DNA of 64,000 bases from Spirochaetia bacterium (GCA_965203515.1 OZ241907.1:192001-256000); one strand, 5' to 3'; shown: positions 45,201 through 54,687, counted from the first letter of the stretch. Program-made: numbers and translations. The notes: a model not told the origin generated them from the letters alone.

Positions 45201-45366
45201 GGGCTGGCGGAAGGAAGAGCTGATTCGGGACAAGGAGTTCGTGACCGAACGGGACCTGACCGCGGGGGCGGACGCGGTGTTCGTCAACGGCGATTCCTTC
45301 ATCCCGAACGCGAAGGCACTGGAGCCGGTGTTCAAGGCGCGGATGTTCGCGCCGTTGGAGAACTGA
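42289..45366 (+). CDS. mod: Type III restriction-modification DNA methyltransferase (Mod, beta class)
   Basis: DLDFGIYR N-terminus, YLDPPYN (motif IV) preceding DFFAGSGTTG (motif I), LESYEDALNN; adjacent res gene. Confidence 0.9.
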   Translation: MTSSLSEKFQRLLRELFQFDCADLDFGIYRVMNHKRGVIETFIAEDLPRTIADELQRGPLADQAQAAERLQELAQQIRDALGGNALDADGNLVVMYRDTPLGRKFLRAKRTGGLNREALEATIYNHLYAFFSRYYQDGDFISKRRYSRRQPYAIPYNGEEVYLHWANNDQYYVKSDEHFRNYAFTRQGVTVRFTVRNASVEQNDVKGDKRFFLPQVAEITCDAEAGRVLIPFEYRPLTGREELVYGRRNQQEAIIRAALTEVPRRLRGADAAVAALTAERHRNGDGRPVDFLEYHLRRYTRRNTSDFFIHKNLQGFLTRELDFYLKNEVLDLDELAAIGEEVAEGWFQLMRTIKAVGGRIIEFLDQIESFQKMLWEKRKFITETQYCITIGTIDRKFYPDIAACDSQWAEWKDLFHLDEDEDNLFNCNGDRTDRRLTFLETNPTLVLDTRHFDSGFVDRLLNDMDHVDDRTDGLLIHSENFQALGLLHESYRNRVECVYLDPPYNTGDSEILYKNEYLFSSWLTMMENRLSLMMGLLKEDPVLFIAIDDFEMADLCELIDKHYPFFRREMIVVNHHPQGGKATLLANTHEYMLSCVSKGSGRTLVGRITKDDDELRPFKRSGTAASNFRYARPNSFYSILVDAETRTVVGAEPPPARNNDEYPRDNTEEGYVRVYPFGTQGEERVWRRSYESCLPLIRDGKLQCSNGMTIYHRIEVQDRSAALFSNWVDPRYNAGTFGANLLGDIIGVHNSFSYPKSVHTVGDAIFGAGIEDDSCCVDFFAGSGTTGHAVIDLNREDGGDRKFVLVEMGRHFDTVLMPRIKKVTFTPEWKAGKPKRAATPEEAERGPRIVKYHRLESYEDALNNIAFDDAAGQQALRFDDYLLKYLLTWETRTSATLLNVEKLNRPFDYRLGVHADGRRHERLADLPETFNYLLGLRVQTRRVHHDDGRRYLVYRGSVEDRTTVVIWRETEGWRKEELIRDKEFVTERDLTAGADAVFVNGDSFIPNAKALEPVFKARMFAPLEN

Positions 45367-45368
45367 CG

Positions 45369-48300
45369 GTGCCCTGGCGAAGGGGCGTCAGCGGCGCCCG
45401 CCGCAGCAGCGTCCGCGAGTCCGGCGCGGCGCAGCACGTCAGGCTGGAGCAGCGGCTGGTGCTGCTGTCCTGGCTGAACGGGCTGCTCGGCTACCGGAGC
45501 AACCGTGACCTGCTGAGCGATCTGAAGGAGGCCCCGGAAGGGTTCGACGCGGCCGGACGCAGCCACATCTACCACCGGCTGACGGCGCGCGGCGAGCTGC
45601 AGGTGCCGGCGGCCGATCTGGCCCGATACGACGACAACGTCCGCGCGCACCTTGACGCCGTGAACGCCCGCCGCTCCGAGCCGATCACGCTGCGCTACTT
45701 TCAGCACGCCGCGCTCCTCCATACCGAGCTGTTCCTGGACCGGTACTTCCATGGCCGGGGTGAGCTGATCCGCTCGCTGAACCGGTTCGCGGCGGACCGG
45801 AACGCTGCCCGGCCGTTCGCCGACCCCGCCCCGCGCGACGCCGACTTCACGCAATCGGACCTGAAGAAGCTGGCGTTCTGGATGGCGACCGGCAGCGGCA
45901 AGACGCTCATCATGCACGTCAACTACCGCCAGTTCCTGCACTACCACCGCCGGCCGCTCGACAACGTGCTGCTGATCACCCCGAACGAGGGCTTGAGCGA
46001 GCAGCACCTCGCGGAGCTGGCCGCCTCGGGCATCCGGTGCCGGAGCTTCGACCCGAACGAGAGCGGTCTCATGACGGCCGGGGAGGACGAGGTCCGGGTC
46101 ATCGAGATCACCAAGCTGGTGCAGGAGAAGCGCGGCGGCGGCGTGAGCGTGCCGGTGGAGGCGTTCGAGGGCAACAACCTGATCTTCGTGGACGAGGGGC
46201 ACAAGGGCTCCGGCGGCGCCGCGTGGCGCAGCTTCCGCGACGCGCTGGGCGAGACCGGCTTCACGTTCGAGTACAGCGCCACCTTCGGGCAGGCGCTGAG
46301 CGCGGCGCGCAACGACCAGCTCACCGCCGAGTACGGCAAGTCGATCATCTTCGACTACTCGTACCGCTACTTCCACGGCGACGGATACGGCAAGGACTTC
46401 CACGTGCTCAACCTCAAGGAGGAAGCGGCGGAGGACAGAACCGACGCGCTGCTGCTCGGCAACCTGCTCTCCTTCCATGAGCAGCGGCGGCTGTTTGCGC
46501 GGCAGGCGTCGGCGCTGCGCCCGTACCACCTGGAACGCCCGCTGTGGGTGTTCGTCGGCAGCACCGTGAACGCGGTCTACACCGAGTCCGGCCGGAAGCG
46601 CAGCGACGTGCTCACGGTGGTCCGGTTCCTGCACCGCGTATTGGAGAACCGGCGGGGCTGGGTGGTCCGGGGCATCGAGGAGCTGCTCGCCGGCCGGAGC
46701 GGTCTGGCGGCGCCGGACGGGCGGGACGCGTTCGGCGATCGCTTCAAGTACCTGCGCGAAGATTCCTCATCGGCCGAGGCCGTGTACCGGGACCTGCTCG
46801 CCGCGGTGCTGCACGCGCCGGCGGGCGGCGGCCTGCACCTGTGCGCCATCCGCGGCAGCGCCGGTGAGATCGGACTGAAGGCGAGCGGCGCCGAACACTA
46901 CTTCGGACTGATCTACGTCGGCGACGCCGCCGCCTTCAGGAAACTCGCCGCGGCCGACGACTGCGGGATGACGTTGGAAGAGGACGTGGTCAGCGGCTCG
47001 CTGTTCGACGCCATCGGCCGTCCGGCCACCACCATCGACGTGCTGATCGGGGCGAAGAAATTCATGGAGGGCTGGAACTCGTGGCGGGTGTCGAGCATGG
47101 GACTGCTCAACATCGGCCGCAAGGAGGGATCGGAGATCATCCAGCTCTTCGGGCGCGGCGTGCGCCTGCGGGGCAGGGGACTCAGCCTGAAGCGAAGCGC
47201 GGCGCTGGCCGGCAAGCATCCGGCCCATCTCGGCCTGCTGGAGACGCTCAACGTGTTTGCCGTGCGCGCCAACTACATGACGCAGTTCCGCGCGTACCTG
47301 GAACGGGAAGGGATCGAGACCGAGGGTGACGTCGAGTTGCCGCTCGGCATCAGGACGAACCGGGACTTCCTGCGCCAGGGCCTGGTCGTACCTCGGGTGC
47401 CGGAGGACCGCAACTTCGCCGCCGAGGCGTATCTCCTGCTGGAGCCGGAGCGGGACCTCCGGGTGCGCGTGGACCTGTCGCTCAAGGCGCAGTCCCTCGA
47501 AAGCGGCGCCGGCGGCCTCACCGCGGTTGCGATGCGCGGCGGCCGGGAGGTGGCCATACCGGCCGCAAGTCTCGAGCTCGTCGATTGGCAGCGGGTCTAC
47601 CTGGATCTCCTCGAATACCGGGAACGGAGGGGTTACGCCAACCTCGTCATTTGGCCGGAAACGGCCCGGACGATCATGGAGACGTCCGACCCCGGCCGGC
47701 TCTACCGCCTGATCGCCGACGAGTCGGTGGTCGCGCCGACTTCCTTCGCCGGCACCGAACCGCTCCACGAGGCGGTGCTCTCCATCCTGCGGCGCTACCT
47801 GGACCGGTTCTATCGCGTCCATCGGGAGCGCTGGGAGGCTCAGCACATGGTGTACGCGGAGATCGACGAGGAGCATGCGAACTTCCGGCACTACACCGTC
47901 CGGATCGCCCGCAGCGAAGTCGAACTGATCGACGCGATTCAGAAGCTCATCGAGGAAGCGGACCGCATCTATCGGCAGGAGACGCAGGAGTTGCCGGCGG
48001 TTCACTTCGACCGCCACCTGTACCAGCCGCTGCTGGTGGAGCGCGGCGCCAAGGTACGGAGCGACCCGCCGGGCCTCAACGAGGCGGAACGTCGGTTCGT
48101 CGAGGATCTGCGGCAGTACTGTCGGGCCGAGCGCGACCGATCGCTCGCCGGCAAGGAGATCTATCTCCTGCGCAACCTGAGCAGGGGGAAGGGGATCGGT
48201 TTCTTCGAGCGGCGCGGCTTCTTTCCCGACTTCATCCTGTGGATCAAGGCCGGCCCCACGCAGCGCATCGTCTTCGTCGAACCGCACGGCCTGCTGCACG

Positions 48301-48569
48301 CCGAGGCGTACCGGCATGACGACAAGGCGCGGCTGCACGAGTCCCTGCCGGGACTGGCCGCGGCGATGGCGTCACGCACCACGCTGAAGAACGTGACCCT
48401 CGACTCCTTCATCGTCTCCGCGACTCCCTACGAGGACTTGCGCGCCAGATACGATGACGGCACCTGGAACCGGGACCGTTTCGGAGACCGGCACATCCTG
48501 TTCCGCGAAGCCGATCCCCACGGCTACGTCGCCCGGATCGTCACCCCACCGCGCCCCAATGACGGTTGA
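45369..48569 (+). CDS. res: Type III restriction endonuclease (Res): SF2 DEAD-like ATPase + PD-(D/E)xK-type nuclease
   Basis: MATGSGKT, VDEGH, YSAT, EGWN, QLFGRGVR, FFPDFILW...FVEPHG; start (GTG 45369) uncertain. Confidence 0.88.
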   Translation: MPWRRGVSGARRSSVRESGAAQHVRLEQRLVLLSWLNGLLGYRSNRDLLSDLKEAPEGFDAAGRSHIYHRLTARGELQVPAADLARYDDNVRAHLDAVNARRSEPITLRYFQHAALLHTELFLDRYFHGRGELIRSLNRFAADRNAARPFADPAPRDADFTQSDLKKLAFWMATGSGKTLIMHVNYRQFLHYHRRPLDNVLLITPNEGLSEQHLAELAASGIRCRSFDPNESGLMTAGEDEVRVIEITKLVQEKRGGGVSVPVEAFEGNNLIFVDEGHKGSGGAAWRSFRDALGETGFTFEYSATFGQALSAARNDQLTAEYGKSIIFDYSYRYFHGDGYGKDFHVLNLKEEAAEDRTDALLLGNLLSFHEQRRLFARQASALRPYHLERPLWVFVGSTVNAVYTESGRKRSDVLTVVRFLHRVLENRRGWVVRGIEELLAGRSGLAAPDGRDAFGDRFKYLREDSSSAEAVYRDLLAAVLHAPAGGGLHLCAIRGSAGEIGLKASGAEHYFGLIYVGDAAAFRKLAAADDCGMTLEEDVVSGSLFDAIGRPATTIDVLIGAKKFMEGWNSWRVSSMGLLNIGRKEGSEIIQLFGRGVRLRGRGLSLKRSAALAGKHPAHLGLLETLNVFAVRANYMTQFRAYLEREGIETEGDVELPLGIRTNRDFLRQGLVVPRVPEDRNFAAEAYLLLEPERDLRVRVDLSLKAQSLESGAGGLTAVAMRGGREVAIPAASLELVDWQRVYLDLLEYRERRGYANLVIWPETARTIMETSDPGRLYRLIADESVVAPTSFAGTEPLHEAVLSILRRYLDRFYRVHRERWEAQHMVYAEIDEEHANFRHYTVRIARSEVELIDAIQKLIEEADRIYRQETQELPAVHFDRHLYQPLLVERGAKVRSDPPGLNEAERRFVEDLRQYCRAERDRSLAGKEIYLLRNLSRGKGIGFFERRGFFPDFILWIKAGPTQRIVFVEPHGLLHAEAYRHDDKARLHESLPGLAAAMASRTTLKNVTLDSFIVSATPYEDLRARYDDGTWNRDRFGDRHILFREADPHGYVARIVTPPRPNDG

Positions 48570-48684
48570 CGCGCATTAATTAGTCGGTGCGCTCGGCCAC
48601 GGGATCGCTACCCGTGTACGGCGCGGCCGGCAACCCGGGTTACACCGCAGGAGCCCACCTGGTATGGCGGTCCGGTCCGCCTGC

Positions 48685-48718
48685 TTGTCAGGCGATGATC
48701 CCGTATGGTATGATACGG
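48685..48718 (+). promoter_or_regulatory. sigma70-type promoter (TTGTCA-18-TATGAT, extended -10) overlapped by palindrome CCGTAT-N6-ATACGG
   Basis: Read directly; SD aggagg precedes ATG 48782. Confidence 0.6.
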
Positions 48719-48781
48719 CTCCGCGGTCGCACGGGTCAGCGAAGGCCGGGAACCGCACAACAGCTTCAGGAGGTGACAGAG

Positions 48782-49432
48782 ATGGCTGACAGAGCATCGC
48801 AGGAGTATCCGGTGACGCTATCGGTAGCGTACCCCGACGGGCCGCGGAACCGGCTTACCGTGTTCTTCCGACCGCTCCTGGCCATACCGATCCTGATAAT
48901 CGGCGCCTTGATAGTCGGCCCCTCCCAGCTCGGCCAGATGGACCGGGGCTGGAACTTCGGTCGCACCGAAGCGGCGTTGCTGGCGGCCGGCCTGTTCGTG
49001 GCGACCGTCCTGATGATCCTGTTCCGCCGGAAGTACCCGCGCTGGTGGTTCGACTGGAACCTGGAGGTGGTGCGGTTCACCACCAGGATCAACGCCTATC
49101 TCAGCCTGTTGCGGGACGAGTATCCCTCCACCGATGAGCGGCAGGCAGTCACCGTCGACATCGTGTATCCGGACGCGCGGAATGATCTCAATCCCGTGCT
49201 GCCGCTGTTCAAGTGGTTTCTCGCCATACCCCATTACATCGTGCTGGGCATTCTGGGCATCGCCGGAGCGATCGTGGTCTTCATCGGCTGGTTGGTGATC
49301 CTGATAACCGGCAGGCTTCCCGAGGGGATGTTCCGGTTCCTGGAGGGACTGATGCGCTGGCAACTCAGGGTTGTCGCGTACGCGTTCCTGCTGACGACCG
49401 ACCGCTACCCGCCGTTTCGACTGGGCGACTAG
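48782..49432 (+). CDS. DUF4389 domain membrane protein
   Basis: Two DUF4389 repeats: LLAIP..ILFRRKYPRWWFDW..LLRDEYP and LAIPHYIVL..TGRLP..TDRYPPF. Confidence 0.9.
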   Translation: MADRASQEYPVTLSVAYPDGPRNRLTVFFRPLLAIPILIIGALIVGPSQLGQMDRGWNFGRTEAALLAAGLFVATVLMILFRRKYPRWWFDWNLEVVRFTTRINAYLSLLRDEYPSTDERQAVTVDIVYPDARNDLNPVLPLFKWFLAIPHYIVLGILGIAGAIVVFIGWLVILITGRLPEGMFRFLEGLMRWQLRVVAYAFLLTTDRYPPFRLGD

Positions 49433-49471
49433 GCTACCAAATGCGACCAGGCTAACCAAATGCGACCAGGC
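49425..49471 (+). repeat. 18/19-bp tandem repeat (gcgacYaggcta(a)ccaaat) x2.5 starting at the DUF4389 stop
   Basis: gcgactaggctaccaaat gcgaccaggctaaccaaat gcgaccaggc. Confidence 0.85.
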
Positions 49472-49500
49472 GCGGTGACCGTCACGCCGGGCCGCCTGCC

Positions 49501-50802
49501 GTGATGCGGGCCGACATGGCTCAAGCGGAACTGCTGCGGCGCGCGGGCAGGGTCTTCGTCGGCGGCACCATGGGAGAGTTCCACCTGCCGCCCGAAGCCT
49601 CCATGGTCTTCGTTCGCGGGGAGGGCAGCAAGCTCTACGACGCTGACGGCCGCCAGTACATCGACTTTCTGAACGGCAGCGGGCCGATGATCCTGGGCCA
49701 CTGCCATCCGGCGGTGGTCGCGGCGGTGACCGCGCAACTGCAGCGCGGCGCCACCTTCTTCGGCCTCAACCGGCCGGTCATCGAGCTGGGCGAGCGGATC
49801 GTCGACGCCGCTCCCTGCGGGGAGAAGATCCGCTTCGTGGGAACCGGCTCCGACGCGGTCTCCTTTGCGGTGCGCATGGCGCGCGCGTTCACCGGCCGCC
49901 GGCGCGTATTGCGCTTCGAGGGCGGTTGGCACGGCGTCAGCGACTTCGCGCTGCATGGGGCCAGACCGCCCCGGCCGAGCGACTATCCTCGCGCCGTCGC
50001 CGACGTCGCCGGCCTGCCGGCGGCGCTGTCCGACGATCTGCTGGTGTCGCCGTTCAACGACGCGGCGATGGCTCGGTCGCTGATCGAGCGCCACGCCGGC
50101 GAGTTGGCGGCGGTCTGCGTCGAGCCGTTGCAGCGCTGCATCCGCCCCAAGCCGCCCTTCCTGGAAACCCTGCGCGAGCTGACCGCCGAGCACGGCATCA
50201 TCCTGATCTTCGATGAGGTGGTGACCGGCTTCCGCATCGCCTGGGGCGGCGCGCAAGAGCGGTACGGCGTGGTGCCGGACCTGGCCGCCTACGGAAAGAC
50301 GATCAGCGGCGGTCACCCCAACGCTGCGGTCTGCGGCCGCGCCGACGTGCTGGAGACGGTGAATCCGTGGCGCGAGCGGTCAGACCCGCAACGGACCTTC
50401 GTGTCCGGCACCTTCAACGGCAATCCGATCTCGGCGGTCGCCGGCTTGGCCACGCTGAACGTGCTGGCCGAGCCGGGCACCTATGAACGCCTGCACGCGA
50501 TGGCCGACCGCATCCGCGCCGAAGTCGAAGCGATCGGTCGCGAGTCGTCGATCCCGTTGCTGGTCGGCGGCGACGGGCCGGTACTGCAGGTGTTGTTCAC
50601 CGATGCGGACGACATCGCCGACTACCGGACGATGCTCTACGCCGACAAGGATCGGGCGTTCCGCTTCGGCGTCGGCATGATCCGGCGAGGCTTCTTCGTC
50701 AGCCCGTACGAGAAGATCTACCTGTCGACCGCGCACACCGACGAGGACATCGACCGCGCGCTGGCGGCGATGCGCGAGGTCATGCAAGAACTCGCGGCGT
50801 GA
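49501..50802 (+). CDS. Class III PLP aminotransferase (GSA-aminomutase-like paralogue); start may be 49516
   Basis: GSKLYDADGRQYID, GPMILGH, FEGGWHG, IFDEVVTGFR, YGKTISGG, SGTFNGNP. Confidence 0.88.
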   Translation: MMRADMAQAELLRRAGRVFVGGTMGEFHLPPEASMVFVRGEGSKLYDADGRQYIDFLNGSGPMILGHCHPAVVAAVTAQLQRGATFFGLNRPVIELGERIVDAAPCGEKIRFVGTGSDAVSFAVRMARAFTGRRRVLRFEGGWHGVSDFALHGARPPRPSDYPRAVADVAGLPAALSDDLLVSPFNDAAMARSLIERHAGELAAVCVEPLQRCIRPKPPFLETLRELTAEHGIILIFDEVVTGFRIAWGGAQERYGVVPDLAAYGKTISGGHPNAAVCGRADVLETVNPWRERSDPQRTFVSGTFNGNPISAVAGLATLNVLAEPGTYERLHAMADRIRAEVEAIGRESSIPLLVGGDGPVLQVLFTDADDIADYRTMLYADKDRAFRFGVGMIRRGFFVSPYEKIYLSTAHTDEDIDRALAAMREVMQELAA

Positions 50803-50851
50803 CGACGGTCACGCCGCGTCGATCGTTGCTTCCAGCCTGACTTGGCCTAAC

Positions 50852-51703
50852 CTAACCGGTCGCGGCGGTCAGCGCGCGGCGTACGAACACCTTGGCCAGA
50901 TGGCGCCGGTAGTCCGCATCGGCGAACAGGTCGGAGAGCAGCTCCCGCCCGTCGGCGGCCTTGGCCGCGGCGGCCTGGATGGTGGCGGCGTCGAGCGTCG
51001 CTCCTTCCAGACCCGCCTCGACTCCCCGGTCCCGAAACGCGGCGGCGGCAACCCCGTTCAGCGCCACGCGCGCGCTTGCGCACCGGCCGCCGTCGGTCAC
51101 GACCGACACGGCCGCGCCGCACACCGCGAACCGCGAAGCGGGATGCGGGAACTTCTGATAGCTGCTGCCGGCGCCGCCCTGGTCCGGCGCCTCCACGGCG
51201 GTGACGATCTCGCCGTCCTCCAGGGCGGTGGCGTACAGGTCGACGAAGAAGTCGGCCGCGGCGATCTGCCGGCTGCCGCCGGCGCCGCGCACGTGGATCA
51301 CGGCGTCCGATGCCAGCAGCGCCGCCGGGTAGTCGGCCGCCGGGTCGGCGTGCGCGACACTGCCGCCGATGGTGCCCTTGTTGCGCACCTGCACGTCACC
51401 GATCGCGCCCGCAGCCGCGGCGACCAGCGGCGCCCGTGCTCCCACCAGACCGCACGAGGCGATCCGGTCATGCGTGGCGGCGGCGCCGATGCGCACGCCG
51501 CTGCCGCTCTCCTCGATCGCGGCCAGCTCGTCGATGCGGCTGATGTCGATCACGGTGCCCGGCCGGTCGAGCCGGAGCTTCATGGCCGGCAGCAGGCTGT
51601 GTCCGCCGGCGAGCAGGCGGGCGTCGCCGCCCGCCTCGGTGAGCATCCGCAGCGCTTCGTCGACCGAAGCGGCGCGTCGATACGCGAAGGTCGCGGGAAT
51701 CAC
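50852..51703 (-). CDS. coxM: Molybdoenzyme FAD-binding medium subunit (CoxM/CutM-like)
   Basis: AGGHSLLPAMKLR, QVRNKGTIGGS.AHADPAAD, KFPHPASRFA, DYRRHL; GTG 51703 overlaps coxL stop. Confidence 0.88.
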   Translation of the reverse strand: MIPATFAYRRAASVDEALRMLTEAGGDARLLAGGHSLLPAMKLRLDRPGTVIDISRIDELAAIEESGSGVRIGAAATHDRIASCGLVGARAPLVAAAAGAIGDVQVRNKGTIGGSVAHADPAADYPAALLASDAVIHVRGAGGSRQIAAADFFVDLYATALEDGEIVTAVEAPDQGGAGSSYQKFPHPASRFAVCGAAVSVVTDGGRCASARVALNGVAAAAFRDRGVEAGLEGATLDAATIQAAAAKAADGRELLSDLFADADYRRHLAKVFVRRALTAATG

Positions 51704-54078
51704 GTGGCACCTCCATTGGCGTGCATGGCTCGCCAGACCCGTTGCGGTGTGAGCGGCATCTGCAGGTCTCGTACGCCCCGATGCCAGAGCGCGTCGACGG
51801 CGGCGTTGACCACCGCCGGCGTGGAACCGATCGTACCGGTCTCGCCGGCGCCCTTGACGCCCAGCGGGTTGACCGGACATCGCGTCTCGGTGCGGTCGAC
51901 TTCGTAGGACGGCACGTCATCGGCCCTCGGCAGCGCGTAGTCCATGTAGGAGCCGGTAAGCAACTGGCCGGCGTCGTCATAGGCGGCGCCCTCCAGCAGC
52001 GCCTGGCCGACGCCCTGGGTGATGCCGCCGTGCACCTGCCCGTCGACGATCAGCGGGTTGATCACCAAGCCGACGTCGTCGACCGCCACGAATCGCCGGA
52101 GCCGGACCTGACCGGTGTCGGCATCGATCTCGACGACCGCAATGTGAGTCCCGAAGGGAAAGGTGAAGTTTTCCGGGTCGAAGAACGAGGTGAACTCCAG
52201 CCCCGGTTCCACGCCGTCGGGATAGTCGTGCACGGTATACGCCTGCGCGGCGACCTCCTGAAAGCTCATGCCGCGGTCGGTGCCGCGCACCTTCCAGCCG
52301 CCGTCCGCGTACTCCAGGTCCTCGGGCGACGCCTCGATCAGGTGGGCGGCGATCTGCGCCCCCTTCTCCTTGATCTTGCCCAGGCTCAGGGCGATGGCGC
52401 TGCCGCCCACGGCGATGCTGCGCGAGCCGGCGGTGCCGTTGCCCATCGGGATCACGTCGGTATCGCCGTGCACGATCTCCACGTCCTCCATCGGGATGCC
52501 CAGATCGTCGGCGACCACCTGCGCGAAGGTGGTGACGTGCCCCTGCCCGTGCGAGTGGGTGCCGGTAAAGACCGTCACCTTGCCCGACGGCTGCACGCGA
52601 ACGGTCGAGCTCTCGTAGAAGCCGCCGCGCGCGCCCAACGCTCCGGCGACCTTGGACGGCGCCACCCCGCACGCCTCGATGTAGCTGGAGAAGCCCACGC
52701 CGAGCAGGCGTCCCTCCGCCCGCGCGGCCTCTTGCTCGGCGCGGAACGCGGGCAGGTCGAACACCTCCAGCGCGCGCCGCATCGCCCCTTCGTAGTTGCC
52801 GCTGTCGTAGACCATGGCGACCTGCGTCTGGTAGCCGGGCTCCGCCACGCCGTCGAAGGGCGGGATGAAGTTCCGGCGGCGCAGCTCGGCCGGATCGGCG
52901 CCGGTCTCATGCGCAGCCGTGTCGACCAGCCGTTCCAGCAGATAGGTCGCTTCCGGCCGGCCGGCGCCGCGGTAGGCGTCCACCGGCGTCGTATTGGTGA
53001 AGGCGGCGGTGACCTCGACGTGGACGGCCGGCGTCGTGTACTGGCCCTGCAGCAGCGTGCCGTACAGGTAGGTGGGGATGGCCGGCGCCACCAGCGACAG
53101 GTACGCGCCCATGTTCGACTGCGTGCGCACCCGCAGCGCCAGGAATTTCCCGTCGGCGTCGAGCGCCAGATCGGCCTTGGTGACGTGATCGCGGCCGTGC
53201 GCGTCGGTCATGAAGCTTTCGGTGCGCGATGCCGTCCACTTCACCGGCCGGCCGACCTTCCGGGCGCACCAGGTGACGACCGCCTCTTCCGGGTAGTGGA
53301 AGATCTTGCTGCCAAAGCCGCCGCCCACGTCGGGCCCGACCACGCGCAGCTTGTGCTCCGGCAGCCCCAGCACGCCGCCCATGACCGCGCGGATCGTGTG
53401 CGGGTTCTGCGTCGAGGTGTACAGCGTGGAGCGCCCCGACGCCGCGTCATAGTCGGCCAGCGCCGCGCGCGGCTCGATGGCGTTGGGGATGAGCCGCTGG
53501 TTGACGAACTCCAGGGTGGTGACGTGGGCCGCGGCCGCGCATGCCTTGTCGGTCGCCTCGCGGTCGCCCAGGTCCCAGATGAAGGCGAGGTTGTCCTTCG
53601 CTTCCGGGTGGATCTGCGGTGCCCCGGCGGCGATCGCCTGGGGTACTTCCGTCACCGCCGGCAGCTCGCGGTAGGTCACCTCGACCAGCTCGGCGGCGTC
53701 CTGCGCCTGCTCTGAGGTCGCGGCGACCACGCAGGCGACGCCGTCGCCGACGTAGCGCACGATGTCCGACGCCAGCACCGGGTGCGGCGGCTCGTTCATC
53801 GGCTCGCCGGTGTTGAAGTCGACCGCCCACGCGCACGGCAGGCCGCCCAACCCGTCGGCTTCCACGTCCGCTCCCGTGAAGACCGCGACCACGCCGGGCG
53901 CCGCCGCCGCCGCCGCCGCGTCGACGCTCTCGATCGCGGCATGGGCGTGAGGGCTGCGCACGAAGGCGCACCACGTCTGGCCGGGAAGCTGGATGTCGTC
54001 CGTGTACCGGCCGGCGCCGGTGATGAATTTCCGATCCTCGACGCGGCGGACCGGTTTGCCGATCTGTGCCGTAGCCAT
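51700..54078 (-). CDS. coxL: Molybdopterin large subunit, form II CoxL-like (xanthine oxidase family)
   Basis: RRVEDRKFITGAG, VGGGFGSK, active-site loop AYRGAGRPEA (form II), GQGHVTT, GVKGAGE. Confidence 0.88.
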   Translation of the reverse strand: MATAQIGKPVRRVEDRKFITGAGRYTDDIQLPGQTWCAFVRSPHAHAAIESVDAAAAAAAPGVVAVFTGADVEADGLGGLPCAWAVDFNTGEPMNEPPHPVLASDIVRYVGDGVACVVAATSEQAQDAAELVEVTYRELPAVTEVPQAIAAGAPQIHPEAKDNLAFIWDLGDREATDKACAAAAHVTTLEFVNQRLIPNAIEPRAALADYDAASGRSTLYTSTQNPHTIRAVMGGVLGLPEHKLRVVGPDVGGGFGSKIFHYPEEAVVTWCARKVGRPVKWTASRTESFMTDAHGRDHVTKADLALDADGKFLALRVRTQSNMGAYLSLVAPAIPTYLYGTLLQGQYTTPAVHVEVTAAFTNTTPVDAYRGAGRPEATYLLERLVDTAAHETGADPAELRRRNFIPPFDGVAEPGYQTQVAMVYDSGNYEGAMRRALEVFDLPAFRAEQEAARAEGRLLGVGFSSYIEACGVAPSKVAGALGARGGFYESSTVRVQPSGKVTVFTGTHSHGQGHVTTFAQVVADDLGIPMEDVEIVHGDTDVIPMGNGTAGSRSIAVGGSAIALSLGKIKEKGAQIAAHLIEASPEDLEYADGGWKVRGTDRGMSFQEVAAQAYTVHDYPDGVEPGLEFTSFFDPENFTFPFGTHIAVVEIDADTGQVRLRRFVAVDDVGLVINPLIVDGQVHGGITQGVGQALLEGAAYDDAGQLLTGSYMDYALPRADDVPSYEVDRTETRCPVNPLGVKGAGETGTIGSTPAVVNAAVDALWHRGVRDLQMPLTPQRVWRAMHANGGAT

Positions 54079-54091
54079 GGCCTTCCCCTCC

Positions 54092-54568
54092 CTACGTCAG
54101 GGTGCCGGCAGCGCGCTGCACGGCCCGGACGATGTTGTGATAGCCGGTACACCGGCAGTAGTTGCCTTCCAGGGCGTGGCGTATCTCCGCCTCCGACGGC
54201 GCGGCGTTGCGTTCCAGCAGGTCGACCGCCGTCATGATCATGCCCGGCGTGCAGAACCCGCACTGCAGGCCGTGTTCCTCCCGGAACGCCTCCTGCAGCG
54301 GATGGAGCGCGCCGTCGTCGGCCAGTCCCTCGATCGTGGTGATCGCGGCGCCGTCGGCCTGCACGGCGAGCATGGTGCAGGTCTTGACCGCCTTGCCGTC
54401 GACGATCGCCGTGCACGCGCCGCAGCTCGACGTGTCGCAGCCGACGTGGGTGCCGGTCAGGCGCAACTCCTCGCGCAGGTGGTGCACCAGCAGTCGCCGC
54501 GGCTCGACCTGGTGTTCGGACGTGCGGCCATTGACCGTCATGGTGACCGCGGATCGCTCTTCAGCCAT
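54092..54568 (-). CDS. coxS: 2x[2Fe-2S] small subunit (CoxS-like)
   Basis: [29 protein letters not shown] gaggaa before ATG 54568; S-L-M order. Confidence 0.92.
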   Translation of the reverse strand: MAEERSAVTMTVNGRTSEHQVEPRRLLVHHLREELRLTGTHVGCDTSSCGACTAIVDGKAVKTCTMLAVQADGAAITTIEGLADDGALHPLQEAFREEHGLQCGFCTPGMIMTAVDLLERNAAPSEAEIRHALEGNYCRCTGYHNIVRAVQRAAGTLT

Positions 54569-54687
54569 CGCTTCCTCCCCTCGCTCCGGTGGCCTGCCGG
54601 ATCGGTGGTTCCCGGAAGCCGGCACGCTCACCTGCCGCAATGATGATCCGTATGCGGCCGGCGTCAAGGGACCGGCGAACGAGGCGC

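Noticed and set aside
42289..45366. Phase-variable mod (phasevarion)
   Set aside because: No simple sequence repeat tract seen in the mod ORF or just upstream
32664..48600. tRNA-Gln-anchored integrative element or prophage
   Set aside because: No integrase, and I saw no duplicated tRNA 3' end (attR) downstream; genes after the tRNA have host-like GC
49501..50802. Calling this hemL
   Set aside because: N-terminus lacks the PGGVNSPVR signature and there is no hem gene context; kept as a class III aminotransferase
53897..53920. (gcc)n run in coxL as a contingency repeat
   Set aside because: In-frame poly-Ala codons, common in GC-rich genes
51700..54078. Bona fide aerobic CO dehydrogenase
   Set aside because: Lacks the Cu-binding AYXCSFR motif and the M-S-L order of form I
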